A stretch of DNA of 64,000 nt. It comes from Octopus sinensis (lineage: Eukaryota). The stretch spans positions 127,720,001 through 127,784,000 of the forward strand of contig NC_042999.1 of the NCBI RefSeq assembly GCF_006345805.1. The letters are read 5' to 3'. A program made the translations under genes and the position numbers. Shown in pieces: positions 53,332-64,000 of the stretch. The notes below the pieces were generated by a model. The model saw only the letters and a program-made list of their open reading frames with translations. It made no database searches and was not told the origin of the DNA. The first letter of the stretch is position 1. Every line of letters begins with the position of its first letter.

Positions 53332-54664
53332 CTCTATCAGATAAAAGCCAAGGTAGATAACATTTGAGTCATTTGAGCCAATAAACAGAGTTATCAAGAA
53401 CACAGAGACCATCAATCTTTGAATAGTTCTCAAGGAATTTCAAGTTGGCTATAAAGAACATTTGGAGTACTATGTAAATAAGTTGGATGTAAACAAAAGA
53501 GTTATTGTCCACCAGGCGAATGTGTGAAGCATAATAAATTACAACTATCAATCTTGATAAATGTTTCATATTGTATTCTCAGTATATTTATTCTATTAGC
53601 ACATAAAGGTATCAATTTCGTTGTAGTTAATGGAGTTAAAGGTTGTAAACAAACTAGCCATTAACCGGCTACATTATAGGTAACAATTGGCTTCAACTAC
53701 TGCGCTTTACAAAATGCACATTGATCATTATCCGTCAGACATCAAAGTAGTCAGATCACTGCTGTATGAAAGACCATGCAGGACGGGGACTATCCAGTAT
53801 TTTCATACTTGCATCTTTTGTTTACACGTCTGATGCCAATACCTAAATTTTGAATAGGGGCATTCTATATTCATTCACCAGATAGCGCGATTAAGACCAC
53901 ATTGGAATAATGTTCTCATGTCTGGAGTGACGTTGTTGTTGCGTACACAAAAAGTTTAGACCACATTTAAGAGAAGACCATTCGACTAATTGGAGTACAA
54001 CCCAAAGCGTAGCTTGGAGCGAGCGGATGGGGACATCCACTCTGGGCGACACTTGTACGAAGGCACCACTTTTGGGTCTGCTGTATAAACTTGTATAGGC
54101 TTGGAGACTTATGGAAGGATGCCAAACTCAAGGGTCGCCAGACAGCCCAGGTTCTATTTACACCACTGGCTACAACCACACACTACAGCCACTGTTTACT
54201 GAGTCATTATTTTTCTGTGTATATCTCACCTATCGATTCTAGAATGGCTTCTGCTTCTCTTCACCCACTGTATCTAACTCGTCATCTGTACATTTTCTTA
54301 CCATCCACAAAAGCCCCACGCTAAATCACTTCCCAGCAAAAAAACATTTTTTTAAATGCATCCTTCAATAACTCAATCCTTTCCACATTCTTTTTTACAA
54401 AAGAATTACCTCATAGAAATTAAAATATATATATATATATAAAGGTCAAAGGTGCAGTTCTTCCATATCAGACTGAATAATGGTTCCAAATTTTGGCAGA
54501 AGGCCTGAAATTTTGTGGTGGTGGTGGAGGGGAGAATTAGCTGATACCATCGACTGATACTGTATTTTATCGACTCCGAAAGGATATAAGGCAAAGTTAA
54601 CTACATAGGTAATTGATAAAAATGAACTCGGATTTATATATATATATATATATTATATATATAT

Positions 54665-54715
<51 letters not shown>

Positions 54716-55295
54716 CAAAATCGAGGTATGGGTGTTGTTAGTTCGTGAATCGGCGGCTGTTTTTAGGCGCCTGGTGTTTAAAACATCTGAAAGTAAGTCA
54801 CAGTCAATCGAGACAACTCACATCAGATCCTTTCTCTGAGCGACAGACACCGATGTTTCGACATTGTTTTGACAATGCGTCCACATACTCCCTCCACAAC
54901 ACTGATATCAAGAAATCCTCTTGCGAGCGTGACCTAGGCATCACTGTCAGCAGTGATTTGCGTTGGACAAAGCATATCTCTAAAATTGTCAAGAAGGCCG
55001 AGGGTGTCTTGGCATCACTCACCAAGACTTTTGTTAGCCGCTCTCCAGCCATCTATTTAAAACTGTATACAGCTATGGTACGACCACACTTGGAATTCGC
55101 ATCATCAGTTTGGAACCCCTATCTTGCTCAGAACATTGACCTCCTGGAATCTGTCCAGAGACGTGCAACCAAACGCATACCCTCCATCAGACACCTACCA
55201 TATTCTGAGCGCCTTGTTTCCCTGGGCATGGATTCACTGAAGCTCCGGCGTCTGGCGACGGACTTGGTAAACACCCACAAAGTTATCAACCACCT

Positions 55296-55713
55296 TGTAG
55301 TGATGCTACTGTGTAGGGTTCGGCGCGCATGCGCAGAATGGGACTACTTCCGGGTGGCCACCGGAAGTCTTCCCCATGCGCATGTGCGGGAAAACATCTC
55401 TCGAGCCCGCGAACCTCAAATCTCTCTCTTCGGCTCAAGACAGCACTGCGATCGGTCACGGTTTTCCGGGCTCTGACAGCCACACACCAGCTTCAACCAA
55501 CTTCAACCAACCTCAACGACCAACACCAGCAGTATCTCAGAGGCTGTCTATTCCCCCATCAGACAACGTACAACCATGAATCAATAAACCAAGTTGTCTG
55601 TTCACCTTTAACCTGAGTTTCGTCTGTTTGTTTTCTACAAGAATTTTTGTATGTGACTAGAAAGGATCTCGACACCCTGCCAGTGCTTCGATGATAGATC
55701 CTTTCACGTTACA
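55296..55713 (+). repeat. 5' LTR (418 bp)
   Basis: Identical to 59928-60344 except one extra G (ttccGGGctc vs ttccGGctc). Contains AATAAA. Confidence 0.97.
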
Positions 55714-55715
55714 AT

Positions 55716-55725
55716 TGGTGACCCC
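55716..55725 (+). other. Primer-binding site, tRNA-Trp-like
   Basis: TGGTGACCCC lies 2 nt after the 5' LTR and matches the first 10 nt of the tRNA-Trp PBS known from avian sarcoma/leukosis viruses. Confidence 0.75.
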
Positions 55726-56099
55726 TAGTTGAGAAAAAGAACAGGATAGAAGAAGACACAGCGAACAGATTTTTTTGGGGGGCCGAAGAGCGCGGAAATT
55801 CATATTTTTTTTTCCTATTTTTCTCCTTTTTAGCACGGCGAGGTGGGTCAAATAACCTTATTCATCGCACACAGTACAAAAAAAAAAGAAAGAAAAAAGA
55901 AAACACACACACATTCATTTTTTTTTTCCTTTTCTGTATTTTGTTTTCCTTGTACACACTTATTCCTTTTTTTTTTTTGCTACCCACGAGGTGCACACAC
56001 AAACACAATTTTCAATTGCCTTCTCGGTTCCACGTGTTCTCTCTCCACTTCTAGACCATACCTTCTGCCCCCTTCTCACAGATTCCTTCCGACAAAGGC

Positions 56100-56582
56100 A
56101 TGGCTTCAGGTTTGCCTTCATTTACGGGGGATATGGGCCTGTGGTTTGCCCAAGTGGAGTGGTATTTTGATGCACATGCCATTTCTCCACAGCAGCAGTT
56201 GCACCTGCTATATTCCGGCTTACATCCCCGACTCGCCGCATCGATCAGGGATCTAATAATAAGTCCCCACCCGGATGCCACATACGCGTCTGTGAAAGCA
56301 GAAATCCTCCGCCGCAACACACGTTCGGGGGAGAGCAATATTCAGATTGCCACGATGGCCGATGGAATACTGGAATTTCCGAATCCATCTCCATCGCGAG
56401 GCCTCTGTGCATGTATAGGGGGCCCTGCGCAAATTTCACTAACCGAGCGGATTGATGCGCTCACGCGGCGAATCGACGATCTATCCCGTGCGATCGAGCG
56501 CCGACAACGCAGTCGTAGTCGCTCTACCAAAAGGGCAGATCGGTGTACCCAGCCGTGCATTTTCAAGCCCTCGGAAAACTAA
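56100..56582 (+). CDS. gag: Gypsy gag-like ORF (short, 160 aa)
   Basis: LPSF..D..LWFAQVE..F N-terminal motif, RSRSRS tract, terminal C..PC.F. Confidence 0.8.
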   Translation: MASGLPSFTGDMGLWFAQVEWYFDAHAISPQQQLHLLYSGLHPRLAASIRDLIISPHPDATYASVKAEILRRNTRSGESNIQIATMADGILEFPNPSPSRGLCACIGGPAQISLTERIDALTRRIDDLSRAIERRQRSRSRSTKRADRCTQPCIFKPSEN

Positions 56583-56609
56583 GTCCGGAGGAGGTGAGCA
56601 CGTCACCTT

Positions 56610-59600
56610 CTTCCATCGCCATTCCAAAAATCGTGCAGTTTTTGTAAAAGATCTGGTGTCGGAGAATTCTTCATGGTAGACACCGGCTCCTGTTGCAGCA
56701 TCTGGCCCCTTCGTCTGGCTGCAGACAAGCCGAAGCGCTCTTCGATTGTCTTGCATGCTATTGACTCGTCTCCCATAACCACTTACGGTCAGATTTCGCT
56801 GCGCCTCAACCTCAACCTTCGTCGAGACTTTCGATGGGTTTTCGTCATCGCTGACATCCCGCATCCTATTCTCGGCGCTGATTTCCTGGATAGGTTTAAC
56901 CTATTGGTGGATGTCAGGCGTCGGAGGCTTCTTGATAGCACGACGTCGCTCTCTACACCGACTGGGAGTTCCACCACTGCGGTCCTTAGCCCGACATTCT
57001 TTGTTGCCACCTCTGGAGACCCTTTTCACTCTCTTTTGGTTTCATTTCCGGAGCTAGTGGACATTGCCTTTAAACCGGAAAATCCTACCCACTCGACCCT
57101 CCATTTCATCACCACCAATGGGCCACCTGTATTCTCACGCCCCGGCGCCTAGCGCCAGACCGACTTAAAACGGCCAGAGCCGAGTTTGAGCACATGCTTC
57201 AACTTGGCCTTATACGCCCCTCCACCAGCCCATGGGCATCTCCCCTTCATTTGGCGCGAAAGGGCGAGTCTGATTTTCGCCCGGTTGGAGACTATCGACG
57301 CCTCAATGCCGTCACAATAGCCGATCGCTATCCGATTAGAAATCTCCAGGACTTTACAGCAAATCTCCATGGTTGTACCATTTTTTCGAAGGTCGATCTG
57401 ATACGCGCTTACCACCAAATACCGGTCAACCCAGCCGACGTTCCAAAAACTGCAATCACTACCCCGTTTGGGTGTTTTGAGTTTTTGTACATGAGTTTCG
57501 GTTTTTGCGGAATGCTACTAGCACCTTCCAGCGTTTCATTGATGAGGTTGTCCGCGGTCTTGATTTTGTGTTTGCCTATGTCGATGACATACTCATTGCG
57601 AGCGACACACGAGAAAATCATCTCCGGCACCTTTCTCAACTCTTCCAGCGTCTTCGCGCGTATAGCATACGCATAAACCCCGACAAGTGTGTTTTCGGAC
57701 GCTCTTCCCTAGATTTTCTAGGGCATCATATTGATTCGACTGGAATCAGCCCCCTCTCGTCAAAAGTCGATGCCATTCAACGCATCGCACCCCCCACTTC
57801 CTTGCGCCAGCTCAGGCATTATCTAGGGATGGTCAATTTCTACCGACGCTTCATTCCCGGTTGTGCAGATAAGCTGCTACCTCTCACCAGGCTGTTAAAG
57901 GACTCTCCTAGAAAGGACAGTCAAGTCACCCTCTCTGTTGAGGCAGTGACAGCCTTTGAGTCCATTAAGAAGGAGCTGGCTTCTGTTTCTTTGCTTGCAC
58001 ATCCAGTTCCTGGTGCTTCTCTCTCTTTGACTGTGGACGCATCGGACACTGCGATTGGCGCTGTGTTACAACACACAGTGGATGACCATGTTCGACCTCT
58101 AGCCTTTTTCCCGTCAACTGCAACCAGCTGAACGACGATACAGCACCTTTGATCGTGAGCTCCTAGCGATCTATCTATCGGTTCGTCATTTCCAGCATCA
58201 ACTTGAAGGGCGAGATTTTGTGATCTATACGGATCACAAGCCCCTTACGTTTGCCCTGTTTTCAAAAACGGACAAACTCTCACCCCGTGCTTTTCGGCAC
58301 CTGGATTTTATCTCTCAATTTACTAGCAACATTCGACACATACCTGGAAAAGAGAACGTTCCTGCTGACGCTCTCTCTCGCCTTCCAGTTTGCGCCCTTT
58401 CGTCTCCTGCTGCTATCGACTTAGCTGCCATATCGCAGGAGCAGCCACCTTTGGCGTCGTTAGATTTAACTTCTCCCAAGTTCTCCTGTTGCCAGTTTTC
58501 CTACCTTCCGCTTCCGTCAGCCGAAGGCACCATTCTTTGTGACACTTCAACTGGATCTCCCAGGCCACTGGTGCCTGAGACCCATCAACGCTCAGTGTTT
58601 GAAGCACTGCACTCCTTATCACATCCTGGCATCGCTGCCACCCTCAACTAATCACTGCTCGGTTTTTCTGGCCGAATATGCGTCGCACAATTACTTGTTG
58701 GACACGCACCTGCTCCAAGTGTCAACGATCCAAGATTCAACGGCACGTTCGTGCCCCGCTTGGACAATTTCCCCCCACGGAGGCCCGTTTTCGCCATGTC
58801 CACATCGATCTGGTTGGACCATGGCCTGTGAGTCGCGGGTTCTCTTATCTATTAACTTGTGTCGATCGTTTCTCCCGCTGGCCAGAAGCCATTCCGATAG
58901 CAGACATTTCTGCTGAGACTGTTGCGCGAGCTTTCGTTTCAAACTGGATTTCTCGTTTCGGAGTCCCGTCCCGATTGACAACTGATCGTGGACGACAGTT
59001 TGAGGCCTCGCTATTTCGCGAATTGTCGCGAATTTTGGGTATGCACCATATCCACACCACAAGCTACCATCCAGCGTCTAATGGATTGGTTGAGCGGTTC
59101 CATAGACAGCTCAAGGCCGCTCTTCGTGCCTCTTCGGACCCACAGTCCTGGATCGAATTTCTGCCCATTGTGCTTCTCGGCTGTCGGACTGCTGTCAAGG
59201 CAGACCTGGGGTTTTCTGCTGCAGAGCTGCTGTATGGTACCACACTGGCATTGCCCGGTACGATGTTGGTGCCAGACACTTCCCCGCCCCATGATCCGGC
59301 GACCTATGTCACCAGACTGCGGGAATATTTTTCAAACCTTCCGCCCATGCTTCCCAGAAAGCAATCTCCACCGTCCCATCTTCCACCGGATATGAACACC
59401 TGGTCGCATGTTTTTGTTCGGGACGATTCTGTGAAGGGCCCACTTGTTTCTCCCTATAAAGGACCTTTTCGTGTGCTTTCTCGCACACCAAAGGTTTTCA
59501 CGATTGAGATAAATGGTCGTTCGGAGACCGTTTCCGTGGACCGTTTAAAAAAGGCACATTTTGAGACGTCTTCATCTTTTGATGACAACCTTGACACACC

Positions 59601-59799
59601 CACCTATGCACCTTTAACAACACTTTCACCTGCACAAACGCCTTCACCTGCACAAACGCCTTCACCTGCACAATCACCTTCACCGGCTCCTACAACACCA
59701 CCCTCGCCGTCAACGGGTGCCCCGAGCACACCGTATGTTACAAAATCGGGCAGAACAGTGCATTGGCCCAAGAAACTTTCAAAAACAATTTACATTTAA
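56610..59799 (+). CDS. pol: Gypsy pol (protease, RT, RNase H, integrase), broken by about 5 frameshifts in this sequence
   Basis: VDTGS protease. [16 protein letters not shown] and YVDD in [14 protein letters not shown] and TDHKPL in RNase H. H..SH...C..C, IDLVG, TDRGRQF, NGLVER and PYKGPF in integrase. Confidence 0.95.
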
Positions 59800-59915
59800 C
59801 TTTCTTTAAAATGTTTCTTATTGTATAATAGTATGTACCAAGTCTTCTGGGGGATCGGCAAGCCTTCTGTTTTCTGCAGCACCACCACAAATTCTGGTTG
59901 CCGTACTTCGCACTC

Positions 59916-59924
59916 GGAGGGGAG
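59916..59924 (+). other. Polypurine tract
   Basis: GGAGGGGAG ends 3 nt before the 3' LTR. Confidence 0.8.
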
Positions 59925-59927
59925 CCC

Positions 59928-60344
59928 TGTAGTGATGCTACTGTGTAGGGTTCGGCGCGCATGCGCAGAATGGGACTACTTCCGGGTGGCCACCGGAAGT
60001 CTTCCCCATGCGCATGTGCGGGAAAACATCTCTCGAGCCCGCGAACCTCAAATCTCTCTCTTCGGCTCAAGACAGCACTGCGATCGGTCACGGTTTTCCG
60101 GCTCTGACAGCCACACACCAGCTTCAACCAACTTCAACCAACCTCAACGACCAACACCAGCAGTATCTCAGAGGCTGTCTATTCCCCCATCAGACAACGT
60201 ACAACCATGAATCAATAAACCAAGTTGTCTGTTCACCTTTAACCTGAGTTTCGTCTGTTTGTTTTCTACAAGAATTTTTGTATGTGACTAGAAAGGATCT
60301 CGACACCCTGCCAGTGCTTCGATGATAGATCCTTTCACGTTACA
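59928..60344 (+). repeat. 3' LTR (417 bp)
   Basis: Direct repeat of 55296-55713. Confidence 0.97.
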
Positions 60345-60623
60345 ACCTCACCAACAACAACACTGAACACCTTTTTGATCTCCATGTGTCTAACACACGT
60401 GGACATGCCTACAAAGTCAGAAAACAACACAGCTCCCATGACTTTTGGAAACATTTTTTCACGCCCAGAGTTGCTGAAGCATGAAATAAACTGCCTGCGT
60501 CAGTTGTTGACTGCCATGACACTGCATCCTTTAAGGCCCTCATGCTTTCCGAAATCCGCCGAAACTACACCTGATTATATATACACTTTAGATTAGTTGT
60601 AGTGCACCTGAGCACTGTACACA

Positions 60624-60680
<57 letters not shown>

Positions 60681-60682
<2 letters not shown>

Positions 60683-60966
60683 CAATGTCGCATACCGAAC
60701 AAGGCCCGCTGCAAGCCGTATCGCCGACTATGACTATATTCTACATGGTTAAGACACCATTTGGTGGCGTGTCCCAACGTTTCATGTCACGGAAAAAAAT
60801 TCAAATATGAATCAGAAGTAGCTCGAGCTATATAAGCAAAACCGAGTACACATATACAAGGTTTGTGTGTTGTTAGTTCGTTGGTTGGCAAATGGTGACC
60901 ATTTACCCTATAGTCATAGTTGGCGATATGGCTTGCAGCGGGTCTTGCTGGGTATGCGACATTGAT
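60681..60966. mobile_element. MITE with about 58-bp TIRs next to the LINE tail
   Basis: atcaatgtcgcatacc...gactatgactata and tatagtcatagt...ggtatgcgacattgat. Confidence 0.8.
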
Positions 60967-62512
60967 AAGTCAAAACAATTACGAAACATCAATGTCTGTC
61001 GCTCCGAGAAAGGACCTGATGTGAGTTGTCTCGATTGACTGTGACTTACTTTCAGGTGTTTTTTTTTTTTTTACACCAGGCGCAAAGAGAATATATTCTC
61101 ATATGCCTAAAAACCGCAATCGACCTACGAATTAAAACTCACATACCTTGTGTATGTGTGTTCGATTTTGTTTATATACCTCGAGCTGCTTCTAAATAAT
61201 ATATATGCGCGTACGCGTGTGGATGTTGTGCGTGCGTATTGTTTAGAATCAGCGTATATTAGATTATAATTAATTTATAATGAGACTAGAAGGTTCATGA
61301 CACCTGTGGAGTATCACCTTCTCCCATTACAATTATTTCTGTAGTCTTAGGATCTGGAACTCGAAAGAAGAAGCTTACAAGCGGAGTGCAATTCAATAGT
61401 TGTTTATTTTAGTTCTCGTTCATGTGGGTCGCTCCCAGTGACCCTCTGTATGGCAGCGCGTGGTCCGTTATTGCTCCGCTCACATGAGGTACATTACCTC
61501 TGGAGATAACGGGTAAAGTTAGAGCAGGATAAGAATCCACTGTGAGCTGCCAGTTCGCAGTGTTTCTCAGCATAAGCGAGAAAGTGAAGGCTTCCTCAAA
61601 TAGAGGTTGCCCACGAGAGCCTCGCTGTGGTCTCGCGCATGGCAACATGGTTATAGGCGAGATCTTGCTTTTGTCTCAGACGGCACGATCTCGCACAAAA
61701 TGGCGCTGGCTTCTTGTGTCACGCTACAAATTTTATTTCTAAATAGTTTTCTGCAATCGAGCATCAAGCTCGGCTTCGTCTCTTTGTGAAAAGACAAGCA
61801 ATCACTTTGGCAATTTATTTCCGATTTATTTCAGTGTTTCTCTCCTTCGAATTAATCCTCTTGTCAACCTATACTAAAATATTTGCTCAGGGATTTCAAA
61901 ATAACAACTTGTTGATTTAACAATCCAGAACCTAATCCGGGTCTATTCATCTCGATCACAGATGTTTTAATTCAGTTTTTTTTTAGCTAAACAGTTTGAA
62001 ACTTCGAATACTGGTAGAATTTCTCACGTAGAATATGGTTTACGCTTAACGTTTTTGACAAAATTTCCTATTTTAGAAGTTATTTCGTGTTAAAGTTGTC
62101 GTATTTGGGTAATTTTAACCAATCAACGACGTGTATTCGCTTGAAGAAAGCTACTGCTGTTTGCGATAGTAATCGAAGAGGAACAACTTCTGGGACATCT
62201 CTAGGATCTTTACCTTCTGACCTACAGATTTAAAAAATAATTTTTTGTAACTAAACACTTTCAAACTTCGGACACTTGTAGAATGTGCCATATAAAACAT
62301 ATTTTACTCTTAGCATTTTTGAGAAAAACTTATATTTACGAAGTTATTTCACGTTAAAGTTCTCGTATTTCGGTAATTTCAGCCAATCAATGACGTGTAT
62401 TCAACTGAATAAAATTAGTGCCGTTGTCAACAACTATCGGCGGTGTATTTTTCGTTTGCCACTGTTATTTATGACATCATTCGTGCGTTTGTACTGATTT
62501 TAAGGTTTTAGG

Positions 62513-62677
<165 letters not shown>

Positions 62678-63229
62678 GAAAAAGAAACTGGAGAAATTGA
62701 CGTATAGAGACATCAGTTTATTTGAACATATTCAATTCTGTACAATATCAAATTCCTTGCTCCTACAGCTGTTTCCATACCCAATTAATTCAATTTGAGG
62801 AATTAAATTAAATTAATTAAAATTTTCATATCGAATGTCGTTAATTAGGTATTTTTTCAGTGGAAGAATTTCATAAAAGAAGGAGCTATCTATATTCAAT
62901 GTGTTGGTTGACCCTTGATCGACTCAGATATGTACCGACTTGGATGGGCAGCAGCAGCGGAAGACAGGACGATCGCTTCCACACGAGCGGCGACTACGAG
63001 CACGATCGCATAGCTTCGATACGCAGCAGCTCTTTGCTTGCACTTGCCCTCCTCAACACTGTCCGACTTACTCCGGCTGTTTACCTGTGCCTCGTCCCAC
63101 TCAGATATGTGCGTTTTAGCGACCAATGTTTTTTTTTTTTAAAAAGACGTTATTAATGTATGTGTATATGCAAATTTGTTTAATACATCTGTGCGCGGGC
63201 GTGTGTAATGTGTTGAAAACAAAGCAAGA

Positions 63230-63670
63230 GTATCCGTTAGTTAGCTTAAATGATACGAATACTTTAACAGGAGCTAAAGGCATTACTCGTAGTTTAGCCC
63301 ACAAACAAACTGTAAAGCCAGAGATGTAGTCTATAGTATAAGATGTATAGAGGGACGATGCAGTAACAAGACAACGACATACGTAGGGGAAACGGCAAGA
63401 AACATAGGAGAGCGGGTAAATGAGCATTGGAGACATCTCAAGGAAGGTAAAAGCTCATCGATTCTGTAATAACACGCCGAACAGGAACACGGGGGATCAA
63501 TCAACAATATAGAAATTAAAATATTGTCCACACATAGAACAGATGCAACAATCAGACAAATTACAGAAGCTACACACATAATAGAAAATAAACCTAGCCT
63601 GAATAGAAAACTAGAATGGAGCACTAGCACACACCACAACATATGACGATAGAGGATCCCGAAAACATAA
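63230..63670 (+). pseudogene. Second Penelope-like GIY-YIG remnant (absent from the ORF track)
   Basis: Frame 63323-63619 reads DVVYSIRCIEGRC...YVGETARNIGERVNEHWRH...IL**HAEQEH...DATIRQITEA..I.E.KPSLNRKLEW and is collinear with the 39151 ORF. Confidence 0.88.
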
Positions 63671-63821
63671 TAAATACACAGATAAATAAACAAATAGAAA
63701 TAAATAACTATATATATATATATATATATTTAAAATAGAAATAAATAACTATATATATATATATATATTTTTAAAATTAAAGTATTATTTGACGCTCAGG
63801 AAAGAAGGGAAATATATATAT

Positions 63822-63901
<80 letters not shown>

Positions 63902-63908
63902 GTATATT

Positions 63909-63981
<73 letters not shown>

Positions 63982-64000
63982 TGTGTGTGTATGTTCAACG

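Larger units (their letters stand above)
55296..60344 (+). mobile_element. Full-length Ty3/Gypsy LTR retrotransposon
   Basis: Two LTRs with TGTA...TACA ends, 4-bp TSD ACCT (55292-95 and 60345-48), PBS, PPT, gag, and PR-RT-RNaseH-IN domain order. Confidence 0.98.
54874..60681 (+). mobile_element. 5'-truncated CR1/L2-type LINE (54874-55295 and 60349-60681) split by the Gypsy insertion, with (TTA)n tail
   Basis: ERDLGITVSSDL.W..HI, VRPHLEFASSVWNP and LESVQRRATK. After the LTR element the frame resumes as TNNNTEHLF...FFTPRVAEA*NKLP (one nonsense codon). Tail at about 60625-60681. Confidence 0.92.

Noticed and set aside
53700-53900. Possible decayed mariner transposase (- strand LHGLSYSSDL resembling HPPYSPDL)
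   Set aside because: A single weak motif among stop codons, with no TIRs found.
56575-58650. Programmed ribosomal frameshifting as the explanation of the pol breaks
   Set aside because: The breaks lie inside conserved PR/RT/RH/IN segments, go in different directions and sit in homopolymers. Only the gag-pol junction near TAA 56580-82 could be programmed, and I cannot resolve it.

Overview
AT-rich, repeat-dense animal genomic DNA. I infer a coleoid cephalopod (Octopus-like) from the SINE and microsatellite content. The only well-supported host gene is the 3' part of a + strand subfamily-1 nuclear receptor (NR1D/E/F-related: Rev-erb/E75/E78/ROR-like). Six GT-AG exons at 11672-19697 splice in frame into the DBD C-terminal extension, a long low-complexity hinge and a complete ligand-binding domain. 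I did not find its zinc-finger exons in the window. The rest is mobile DNA. There is a very young Ty3/Gypsy element (55296-60344, LTRs identical except one base, 4-bp TSD) inside a CR1/L2-type LINE, and a related solo LTR antisense in the receptor's last intron. There are also two Penelope-like GIY-YIG remnants in (TA)n arrays with hammerhead-ribozyme-like cores, an RLE-type LINE remnant, several MITEs, foldback hairpins and a head-to-tail SINE train. A weaker candidate is a chain of minus-strand exons at 31-37 kb, including a duplicated exon pair. All coordinates, alignments and counts were made by hand; no searches were run.
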